Source: Basidiobolus meristosporus CBS 931.73 (lineage: Eukaryota; Fungi; Basidiobolomycota). From it: a DNA stretch of 63,103 nucleotides. The position numbers and the translations under genes are program-made. The notes under the pieces are model-generated. The model was not told the origin of the DNA, did no database searches, and saw nothing but the letters and a program-made list of their open reading frames with translations. Position 1 is the first letter of the stretch, and every line of letters begins with the position of its first letter. Positions 49,150-60,629 of the stretch are shown here, in pieces. The stretch spans positions 1 through 63,103 of the forward strand of contig MCFE01000519.1 in assembly GCA_002104905.1 (NCBI GenBank), read 5' to 3'.

Positions 49150-52100
49150 GAAAATACCACTAATGATGTAAATGCTAATTGTCTTCCGCTTTGGTATTGA
49201 TTTTTACCTGTCTCTTGCCCAATTGCTATAATCTACTTAAGAATTGTTCATTTCTAATTTACTTCGCCCAACAAATACTTTATATCACTGGCAAACGTTT
49301 TATTCCACGCTACATTTCGAATCAATACAATCGATACATTGGCTTTTCATCTGCGGTCTGGCGTTCAGAGATGATCGGAAACGAGACGGAAGTCAAGTGC
49401 GCATAGCAACCACTTTGCAGAATGGTGGGCTCCAAATGCAAGGCTGAGTGGCGGAGACCTTGTAGGCGGAATAATCGGCTTAACGGTGAGGCTTTTGGAG
49501 AGTGGAAAGTAGTACAATGTTCATCAGTTGACAGCCGTCCTTTTATACAGCATTCTTCGGTATTGATTTATCCACTCTTTACATATTGCGTAATGAGCTA
49601 CCGGATCCATACACCAGGGTACTGGCTGGCAGTATTCCGGTGGTACTTCGGAGTCAGTCACTTCACTCCAAGCATCTCGAGCCATTTCTAATCTCGCAAT
49701 CTTCCCTATTTGGACTAGTGACTGTGTAGTATTAATTCCAGATTAAGCGGTATCAAATCCGCGAGAATGTACCTTGGTCCACAAAAGGTCATAGATAGTC
49801 TATTTGTTGCATACTATCTAATACTAGAATACACCGGTGCCCCATTGACAGAATGAGCGTACCTTACCTAACGGGCAAATTAGACCCTGGCCTCAAGGAG
49901 TGTCTGTGATTGGACCTACTTGTCCGCCAAATTCAGATGCCTTCGATCTATACAGAACATTTCAAAGAATATGACTTGCCCTCGTTAAATTACACTTGTC
50001 CTCACGCAAGGGGACAGATAGTAACTGAAGAAGTATATTTTTGGCGTGATCAGGTAAGTAGATAGGTGATAGTAACCATTTTTATGGATATACCGGATTC
50101 GAATTTAGGAGCACAACAACAGGGCTAGATGGAATGTGCGACCCGTAAAATCTCCGTAAATTTTCTGACAGACCTGGAACTCGGCTTCGGAAAATATGAT
50201 TTGATATTGTTAAGTATAAAGACAACAACAACCAATACTTCAAAAAATTCGTGTGATAATTCCACTATTCGGGATCTAAGCGTATGCTCTTAATTAAATC
50301 AATGATCGTTTGATATTACGCTTTGTTGCTGCCAAATCCCTAATATTACGCTTTGTTGCCAATTCTCTACCCAGGAGTTACTGGTGCGAGTATTCCAGCA
50401 GTACTTCAGAGGTTTTCACCTCACTCCAAGCATCTTGAGCCACTCCATTCTCACAATCTTTCCTTAATTGGGACAGTAGCTATGGACGGTTGGCAGCAGA
50501 TTTAGCCGCATCAAATCCCGGAAAACATACCTTTGCCCCAAACAATCGTAGATTATCCGTTTTTTGAGTACTATGTAATACAAGATTGTGCTGGGGCCGC
50601 GTTGATGTGTATACGGCTTAACGATAAAAACCAAAGGAGGGTTTGAAGATATATGAGCAAGAAATAAACGCTGTGGAAGCGTCCAGCTGTTTCGATTTAT
50701 CAGATTTGGGATATCAAAGATCCTAATTGGTAGAGCCTGACATGACTATTAAGATAGAGATTAGTAGAATGTGCAGGACCTGGATTTCGCTCTGGCTGAT
50801 GTTAAGAATTAAAAAGTAAAAACCAATGTTTTTGAAACATGGAGGGTGTATTCCACTGTTCTATATCGAGCCGTTTGGTCGAGCCGTTTGGTTCTCTGAT
50901 TAGACATTATTTTTATTATTACAGAGTCATCAAAAGTTGGTTGGATTCACTGCCATACCGTAAGCCATTAATCGGGGTCACTGTTGACATTTTTAGTATA
51001 GTGAAAAAATGAATTATCACCAGGACGTAAAAACTCTTTTTTACTTCCTATGCTTTTGACCCATATTCAAGCACTGGCTTAGTATGTGCCAGTACCCTCA
51101 ACAAGCAAAATACAAAAATATCATCGGTATGCTTTTTATTCCGTTTCACAATTCTCATCAATACAATCGATACATTGGCTTTTCATCTGCGGTCTGGCGT
51201 TCAGAGATGATCGGAAACGAGACGGAAGTCAAGTGCGCATAGCAACCACTTTGCAGAATGGTGAGCTCCAGATGCAAGGCTGAGTGGCGGAGACCTTGTA
51301 GGCGGAATAATCGGCTTAACGGTGAGGCTTTTGGAGAGTGGAAAGTAGTACAATGTTCATCATTTGACAGCCGTCCTTTTATACAGCATTCTTCGGTATT
51401 GATTTATCCACTCTTTACATATTGCGTAATGAGCTGCCGGATCCATACACCAGGGTACTGGCTGGCAGTATTCCGGTGGTACTTCGGAGTCAGTCACTTC
51501 ACTCCAAGCATCTCGAGCCATTTCTAATTCTCGCAATCTTCCCTACTTTGAACCAGTAACTGTGTAGCATTGATTCCGGATTAAGCCGCATCAACCCCGG
51601 GAGAATATACCTTGGGCCATGCACAGCCGTAGATAATCCATTCGTCGCGTACTACCTAACATAAGAATATACCGGTGCCTCATCGATGGGAACATGTGCT
51701 GGCTTCGACGAAAATATCAAAACATCTATGATTCTCAACCAAACCTGGTAGCTGGAGATTAATACAGAACACTGCCAAGTGCAAGACTCATATTTAAATC
51801 AGATCTAGCCTCCCAAATGGTGCTGATAATAACTAAAGGAGAATTTGAGGACATAGGTGCAAAAAACTCACGCAGTGGATATACCACATTTGGGATATCA
51901 AGATCACCACCAAAACTCCTAGTTAGTAGAGACTGACATGTCAACCACGACGATAGAGACTAATGGAATGTGCGATTTGGCCTCCAGAACGGTGTGGCAA
52001 TGGTTGATATTACGAATTAAAAGAAAAGACCAATGTTTTTAAAACTTGAAGCGTGAATACCATTGTTCTATATCGAGCCGTTTTGTTCCATGATTACATA

Positions 52101-55100
52101 TTATTTCATATGGCTTTAGCAACATACGAAGGTTGCCATACCGTAAACCAATTATCTAGCATATGGATGATATTGTAAATAAGTGATTTGTCTGAGAATA
52201 TAAAAACACTTTGTTCATGGAAAACCAAATTCTCGCTGTTTTCTGTTGTATCGATTTCTTTCCATCCCGTGGATCCAAGTTGAAGAATGTAGCTAGGGAC
52301 TTTCCATCCTCAGACTTTAGCTTAGTATGTCCCAGCTCGTTCAATAAACAAAATACAAAAATATCACTGGTAAACGTTTTATTCCGTGTTACATTTCGAA
52401 TCATCTACGGCCCGGTGTTCAGAGATATTCTGACATGTATCCGGAAGTCAAGTGAGCATAGCAACTCCTTTGCAGAATGGTGCAAGGCTGGGTAGCGGAG
52501 ACCCTGTAGGCGGAATATTCGGCTTAACGGTGAGGCTTTTGGAGAGTGGAAAGTAGTACAAGGATCATGTATTTGACAGCCGTCTTTTTATACTGCATTC
52601 TTCGGTATTGATTTATCCACCCTTGACATGTTGCATCATAGGCTGCCGGATCTATACTGCAGGATTGTTGTACTCAGCACTCCAGTGGTACTTTGGAGTC
52701 AGTCACTTCACTCCAAGCATCTCGAGCCATTTCTATTTTCGCAATCTTCCCTATTTGCACTAGTTACCGTGTGGTGTTGAGTCCAGATTAAGCGGCATCA
52801 AATCCGGGAGAATATACCATGGCCCACAAAAGGTCATAGATAGTCTATTTGTTGCATACTATCTAATACTAGAATATACCTATGTTATGGTTAAATTAGA
52901 CCCAGGCTTCAGAGGCCATTTGTGATTGGACCTACTTGTCCGCCGAATTCAGATGCCTTCGATCTATACAGAACATTTCAAAAAATAAGACTTGCTCTCC
53001 CACAAAGGTACAGATAGTAGCTGTAGAAGTATATTAGGTACAGATAGTAGCTGTAGAAGTATATTTATAGCTTGATCTGGTAAGTAGATTGGTGATAGAC
53101 GCCCACACTACGGAAAGGAACTAGATAGAATGTGCGGTCCGGTTAGTTTTCTGCCAGACCTAGAACTCGGCTTCGGAGAATAAGATTTAGAATTAAACAG
53201 AAATGCTAATGCTTTTGAAACTTGGAAAGTGAGTTCCATTGCTCTATATCAAACCGCCTGGATCAAATACTACTTCATATGGCTTGAGCAATATACAGAG
53301 TCTCCTAAAGTGCACACGTAAACAATAATCTGATGAAGAAATATATCGTGGAAATGTATTCTTCGGAGGAGGTAATAGCATGTAGCTAGTGGGGAATCAA
53401 ATTTGTTGTTTCTGTGAGATCGATTCTTCCATGCGTGGACCAAGCAAGAATTTAGCACTTGACTCTCGAACTTTAGCTTCGTATGTGCAGTAAGTTCATA
53501 ACAAATATCACTGTTAACATTTATTCCGCGTTACATTTCGATCAGTACAGTGATTATATGATCATCATCTACGCCAGTGTCAGAGATATCTGACTGAATC
53601 GAAGTCAAGTAGCATAGCAACCCTTTGCGAATGGTGAGCACAGACACAATGTTGGGTGCGGAGACTGTAGCGGATATCGCTAGCGTGAGGCTTTGGAAGT
53701 GGAAGTATACATGTTGTCAGCAACACTCTCTTTATAGTGCATGTATGGCAAGAATGATCAACCTTGCATGTGGCATCATGGGATGAAAATCTTCGTTCCG
53801 GGGTTCTGGCCAAAGACCTTTTAGCGGCACTGTAGAGTCGGTAGCTGCACTGCTTTGTAGAATATCTACACTCACAGAACGGTATTGATAGTACCAGAAT
53901 AAGCATTTTGCTTTATAATCCGTATCTGCGGATTGTTGAGACAAACCAATACTATGAGGTGTCCATATTCTCCGATCCATCATATTTGGTATATCAAGGT
54001 TACCATGGAAATACCCGATTTGACTTGATTATGATGGTAATTGCCAAGATTAGAATAGAAGGTATGTGCGGCCCCTCCAATTATTGAAGGAATAAGAATT
54101 CATCCTCCAAAAATAAGATTTGGCCATCGCTGATGATAGCTGTGGAGAAAATAGCAATCTTCTTGGGCTTGGCATGCGAATTCCATTATTCTGAATCTAG
54201 GCATCGCAATCCCCAATTAAATCATTAATCGTTCGATTGTATATCCCTTTTAAGCACTAGGTAGTTGCACTTGCATCCATGTTGTCAGTTTCACAACAAT
54301 AATATTGATTATGGTGGATATTCCTGCTTTGAATAGCAAACCTCTCAAGATATCAGAGAGCACCTGGTAAATCCTTCTCTTTGTGCAAACCTGGACTTCA
54401 AAACCACCATCGTGCAACCCATAAAAATTGTTTCAAAGCCGCATTATTATTCCCTGCTGTGTTTTGTTCATTGGAATATTTTTGGGTATTCAGACAAACA
54501 AAAAGAGCACATTTCTGCAGGCATCATTGGTGTTCAGCTTACGTCATGTTAGCGGTTGCTCTACTGCAGTTCGTTGCTAATAGATTGCTACAAAAAAGCT
54601 TTGTCAATTGTTTTTATAGCAGTGAAAGTGTCGGGAACTTGTCAATCTTAACATTGTCAACCTCCATCTAGCCCTCCATTCTCTCCGCCTATGGACCTTG
54701 TGCACATGGCCCTAAAATAGCATATCTGACGGAGTATCTAGAATATTCAAAGATCCTTGATATCCTTTATTTGTATAAACGAAACTGTATCAAGATTGTT
54801 CCTTGGTCATACCCATGGAATATTTATTAAAGACTACTATCTCCCTCCACCTGTGTCTCAGATTTGTATCTTGTATTGGCAACAAGCAGGTTAATACAGT
54901 GAGTACTCCTCAGTGATAGCAACCGTATCAGTATCGCAACTATATGTCAACAGCCTTGTCTTTCTACGAAATTAAGCACACTGATTTACAATTGGTGGAC
55001 TACATAGCAACTGGCGGTACATTGCAGAGTTCTTATAACCTCGTGAGGTTTTATCTAAAAATGTAGATTTCCAAGTCTCGGTACTGCCAACGAGGTTAAT

Positions 55101-57510
55101 AATTGTTTGCTACTCCAAATCCTGGTTTATTAATGTTGTATATATTTAGTTTACACATAAAACACAACATACAGAGTCGTTCAGAAATCAACTATTGGCT
55201 GGATTCACTGTTATACCATAAACCAATAATCGGGTAAACGGGTGATACAAAACTGCGTATTTTCAATATGGTGGCAATAAAATTTTCTGTGGACGTAAAA
55301 ATACGTTGTTAATGGCACACTAAACTGTCGTTGGTTTCAGTGGGTCCAATTTTTCCCCTTGTCTTTGGCTCAAGCTCAGGAGTCTATCGAGGGACTTTTC
55401 ATCCGCAAACTTTAGTTTAGAATATGCCAGTACGCCCAATAAACAAAATACAAAATATCACTGGTAAGCGTTTTATTCCGTGTTACATTTCTTATCAATA
55501 CAACGATTATATTGACTCATCATCTACAGCCCGGTGTTCAGAGATATTCTGACATGAGTCGCAAGTCAAGGGAGCATAGCAACCACTTTGCGGAATGGCG
55601 AACTCCAGATACAAGGCTGAGTAGTGAAGACTTAGTAGGCGGAAAAATCGGCTTAACGGCGAGGCTGTTGGAAAGTGGAAAGTAGTACAATGTTCATCAG
55701 TTGACAGCCTTCCTTTTATATGGTTTTCCGGTGGTACTTGGGAGTCGGTCACTTCACTCCAAGCATCTTAAGCCATTTTCATTTCCGCAATCTTCCCTAA
55801 TTTGGACCAGAAACTGTGTAGTGTTGATTCCAGACTAAGCTGCTTCAACTCCGGGAGAATGTACCTTGGCCCACAAAAAGCCATAGATAGTCCATCTGCT
55901 GTATTCTATTTTACACTAGAATATATCGATGCCCCATTGATAGAATGAGCGCACCTTAGTAACGGGCAAGCTAGACCCTGGCATCAAGGAAAAATGGAAA
56001 TACTATTTGTGATTGGACTAACTTGTCTGCTAAATTCAGATGTTTTTGATCTATACAGAACATTTCACAGAATATGACTTGCCGTCATTAAATTAAACTT
56101 GTCCTCACGCAAGGGGACAGATGGTACCTGAAGAAGTGAATTTGTGGCATGATCAGGTAAATAGATAGGCGATAGAAGCCTTTACTATGGCAGTGTCCTT
56201 TTTTGTGGATATAACGGACTTAATATATCAAGAATGAAAAATATACATCCTTCACAAAGATCAACAATGGGGCTAGATGAAGTGTGCGGCCCATTAGTTT
56301 TCTGCCAGACCTGGAACCTGGCTTGGGAAATATGATTTGATTATGCATGATGTTAGGTACAAAGACAACAACCAATAACTTAACCGATTTGAGTGATAAT
56401 TCCACTATTCAGAGTCTAAGCGTAATGCTCTTAATTGAAGCAATGATAGGTTGATGATATGCTTTGTTGCTGCCAAATCGCCTCTCAGGTGTTACAACTG
56501 AGAGTATTCCAGTAGTACCTCAGAGTTTGTCACTTCACTCCAAGCATCTTGAGCCATCTCCATTTTCACAATCTTTCCTTAATTGGGACAGTGGCTATGG
56601 AGTGTTGGCTGCAGATTTAGCCTCATCAAATCCCGGAGAATATATATCAGCCCCCAAACAGCCTAGATTATGCGCTTGTTGAGTACTCTATAATACAAGA
56701 CTATGTCGGGGCCGCGTTGATGTGTACACGGTGCACTGATAATAACTAAAGGAGGATTTGAAGACATAGGAGCAAGAAATAACCGCTGTGGAATTGTCCA
56801 GCTGATTAGATATACCAGATTTGGGATATTAAGATTAGCACCAACGACCCTAGTTAATAGAGATCGACATGTCAACCACCAAGATGAGGATTAATGGAAT
56901 GTGCTGTGCGGTAGTTCGTTGAAGGACCTGGATTTGGCCAGGACTGATATTAAGAATTACAAAGAAAAGACCAATGTTTTTATAACGGGGGCTGTGTATT
57001 CCACTGTTCTATATGATATGGCTTTAGCAACATACAACCTTGTGCTGAAACCACCTAAAATCACCTGTTGATTGGACTCACCACCATGCCATAAACCAAT
57101 AATCAGGCACACGGGTGATAGGAAATTGCGTATTTTCAATATAATGGCAATGAATGATACAGCGTAAGAACTCAATGTCAATGAAAAACAAACTCACGTT
57201 GTTTTCTGGGAGACCAATTGCTTCTCATGCTTTTGATCCAGATTCAAACATCAAGCAAGGTACTTTCAATTCTGAGACGTTGGCTTAGTATGTGCCAGTA
57301 CGTTCAATAAACAGAATACAAATATCACAATTAAACTTTTTATTCTGTTACGTTTCTCATCATCTACGGCCTGGTGTTCAGTGTTAATCTGTCATGAATT
57401 CGAAGTCAAGTAAGCATGGCTACCACTTTGCAGGATGGTGAGCTCCAGATGCAAGGTTGAGTAGCGGAGACCTTGTAGACGGAATATTCGGCCTAACAGT
57501 GAGGCCTAAT
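49150..57510 (+). pseudogene. Head-to-tail array of about 8 decayed ~0.8-1.1 kb gene copies, possibly protein-kinase-like
   Basis: Shared blocks (gaagtcaag..catagcaacc..tttgcagaatgg; cactccaagcatct.gagcc; gacctgga) recur near 49.4, 50.4, 51.2, 52.4, 53.6, 55.5, 56.5 and 57.4 kb. Third-position variation favours a + strand frame. The repeat is certain; the product is inferred. Confidence 0.55.
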
Positions 57511-57601
57511 ATTTGGACTATCTAGACATAGGCAGTTTATTAACATTCACTCGAACTCAAAGCTACAAGCATGCAATGGAAAATGGTGCTGCAAAATAAA
57601 C

Positions 57602-58225
57602 CTAGTGTGGAATGGTTCCTAAGCCTGATATAGAGCCATACTGATAACCACCTCCAGGTACCGAAGTGGCTCCATAATTAGCACTCATCATCTTATTCTC
57701 TGGTGACAAACCATCTGCCATACCGGACTCCATTTCGATTGCCCTGTCACCTTTACCACAAGTTGAGCGGCAGTAGTGATGATCGCTCAGACAGGCGTTC
57801 TTGCAAAATGGATCACCAGCACACTTTGGCGTGCAGCTTCGTAGAGTTATGGAGCATTCTCGGTGATAATTGGCACATTCTTTGCTTCTTGCTCCCGGCA
57901 TGGGCCCTAATTTCTGCAAGGGAGAGTAGTACTGTCGCAACTTATCATAGCCCATATCTGCTCCCCCTCCGCCACTTTGGCCTTGCTCATCTCCGGAGTA
58001 TCTGTCACCTTTACCACAAGTTGAAAGGCACTTATGGTAGTAACCATGACACTTGGAGGCGCAAAACTGGTCACCCTGGCACAAAGGTAGGCAGCTTTGA
58101 CGGGCAAGCGCACAACGATGATGAAATTGGGCACACTCGGGAGTCTTTGCGCCAGGCATTGGTGGTAATCTGTTTGCATCTATGGTAGTCAATGCCAGGA
58201 AAGCAACCAGTAGTGCAAATATCAT
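57602..58225 (-). CDS. Secreted protein with two 8-Cys CX3C-rich repeats (207 aa)
   Basis: ATG 58225 MIFALLVAFLALTTIDA; two PMPGA..EC-x6-C-x6-C-x3-C-x5-C-x3-C-x6-C-x3-CGKGDR units. Confidence 0.85.
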   Translation of the reverse strand: MIFALLVAFLALTTIDANRLPPMPGAKTPECAQFHHRCALARQSCLPLCQGDQFCASKCHGYYHKCLSTCGKGDRYSGDEQGQSGGGGADMGYDKLRQYYSPLQKLGPMPGARSKECANYHRECSITLRSCTPKCAGDPFCKNACLSDHHYCRSTCGKGDRAIEMESGMADGLSPENKMMSANYGATSVPGGGYQYGSISGLGTIPH

Positions 58226-59060
58226 TGTAGTAAAGCTGTGAGAGATGGCAAGTCCATTTGGCAACCACAACGCTTTTATGCATGTTTGCCAGGTAGATAA
58301 CGGCATTAGCTGAATTGCATCCAAAGGGGTTTCACCTGAAACTATATCAATGCGCAAGTTTCATAAAGTCCAATAGATGTCTGTATGCTTTAATTTTAAT
58401 TGTTTCATTTGCCATGCGTTTCGCAAGTAAAGGACGGTGCGTCAAGGCAATATAAGAAATGACCCCAAAATAATCATGAATTTAGGTAATTTGTAGATAT
58501 CTAAACAAAAGCTTGAAGGAATTTGATATATTGCCACCACACACTTTTCCAGATTCAGAATTCCATGCCAGTAACAGTGTAATCAGTGACAACATACCTT
58601 TCATGGTGATATTTCCGAAACTCCTGAACTGCAATATATATATGCCATACCTAGCCATACCTCTCAAACAATCCACTAGCCTGGGAGATATATGCAAAAA
58701 TGGTGGACGTAAAATTGCTCTAGAAGATTTGAAATCGAAGCCTGTACCTTCACTAAAATCCCCTTTGCAGAGGAAAAAATATCATGCTTGCGCACCAGCA
58801 TGTTTATGGCCGGGCTTGTTTGGTAGAAGGAATAGCAAACGCCGCAATCCTGCTGGCTATGTGATCTGAAACTTTTTGTTGTGTCAAACTGAGCCTGCAT
58901 ATCTGATTCAATACACCTGGTAGGTCTTAGGTCAAGTTTATGTAAAACCAAGTATATATCATAAATATCTCATGTTTGAAAAGGGGCTGCAGATGCTTCA
59001 TCCTAAAGCTTGGTAACAGTTTACTCTATATTATAGTAGTGATTAGACCAATAATTTGTC

Positions 59061-59580
59061 CTGACCAAATTTCTTGTTGGGTTTACTTAGAATATTTTCA
59101 ACAAATTATCAGGTACCCAGACTATGGCCTTTCTCAGAGTTGTCCAAAAGACCCCAAGCAGTGCACAGCTACTCTTGAGACCTTTCTTAACAAACCCATA
59201 CATTTGTTTGCCCTACTTTATCAAAAGTATAAATACCATACATTTGTTCAATAACTCTACAAGTATATAACATGTAAATCCTCTAGTTCTCCTTGTCAAT
59301 TCCTAAACTCCTCAGAGTATTGCAACTGCTGTAAAAATTTGTAATTCCACCTAAATATTCACCTAACTGAGTCACTTAGATCACTACCTTCAAATCCTAG
59401 AGAATACTGACCAAATTCCTTGTCAGGATCTACTTAGAATATTTATCCAGAACATCAAGATTAGATAAGTAGTCCAAGCAGCCCCAGACTTTGTACATAT
59501 GTTCTTGGGACATTCCTTAATCTGTTCTACATGTTTTTAGCGCCATGACCATGTAAAAGTATAAATACTACTTTAACATT
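59061..59580. repeat. Degenerate direct repeat, ~335-347 bp period
   Basis: Anchors ctgaccaaatt (59061/59407), tacttagaatattt (59084/59431) and aaaagtataaatac (59223/59555). Confidence 0.6.
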
Positions 59581-59795
59581 CAATAAATTATTAAGTGAAA
59601 ACCACATAATCTACTTGCACTCCCAATCACTTCCAATATCTCCAAGACTCTTACAACAGGTTATGAGCCCCAAGCTGTCACTCTCTGCAATGTCTACTAC
59701 TGCTATTACTGGAATTTTTCCCTCTGCTGAAAAGTTGGATGGATCTAACTAACAAGTGTGGAAGGTGAAGATTAAGATGCTGCTACAGGAAAGGT

Positions 59796-60627
59796 TTAGG
59801 GGGAGGGAAAGTCACCAAGGTAGATGAAATCTTTATTTGATTTCAGACAAGTCTAACTACAAATAAAGAAGCCAGCTAGGAATAGAAGATTCCCAAAGTA
59901 AACACTAAGTTGAATATAAATAAATCCATGCTAAAGTTAAGGCAGTATCCCAGAATACACTGGAGTTCAGGTTCATGGGAGAGTGAAGTAGATAAGCTTG
60001 AGAGATATAATAATCCTTGAGGAAGTGGGTAACAGCAGGTGAAGGGGAGTTTTTGATAGGTGAAGTGAATCTTGAGAGCAGAGATTCCTCTAATGAGAAG
60101 GTCTTGTAAACTGGAGAATCAGGAAGCTCTTTTAGGGAGGGAAAGTCACCAAGTTGATGAAATCTTTATTTGAGTTAAGAACCAATCTAAGTACAAATAA
60201 AGAAGCCAATTAAGAGGTCTAGAACCTCTCTAATAAGTAATCTAACTTATGTTTTGTTTCATCTCTAATGTTTGTTTCAATAAAGTAAAGCTCATCAGGG
60301 GTTAGGGGGGGATGATCATCACCAAAGGGTGAAATCTTTATTTAAATAATAAATAAAGAAGCCAAGTTTGAATATGAAGGGTTTAGGGTTAGGGGGGGAG
60401 ACAGTCACCAACAGGTGAAATCTTTATTTCAGTTGAAACAAAGAAGCCAGCGCTACTGTTGTAGCTTTGATACAAGAGTGTGTAGCTGAGGGGAATTTGT
60501 AGGTAAGTTAATAAGAAGTGATGATAGTTCTTCAGTGCTCAAGACACTGTTCAGTGGGAAGGGGGGTAGCAAGAGAGGTAAGAATGACTTGTGAACAACA
60601 TTAATGAGGGGAATGTGATAAGGGTTG
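59796..60627 (-). mobile_element. Stack of four short 3'-end fragments of telomere-associated retroelements
   Basis: Four copies of the TTAGGG(G)n-fused double-hairpin motif (59796, 60132, 60298, 60379). The last heads a ~235-bp near-exact copy of the 3' end of the RT element. Confidence 0.7.
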
Positions 60628-60629
60628 AT

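Noticed and set aside
49500-50080. Minus-strand F-box/LRR-like reading of the subtelomeric repeat unit
   Set aside because: Differences between copies are synonymous in the + frame, so the minus-strand resemblance is probably coincidental.
50160-50215. ELGFGKYDLIL as a PD-(D/E)xK nuclease motif
   Set aside because: Other copies read DLDFALADV or DLDLARTDI here, and no downstream ExK motif is present.
53006-53065. Exact 30-bp tandem duplication (similar short ones near 50312 and 50866)
   Set aside because: Ordinary slippage inside decaying pseudogene copies.
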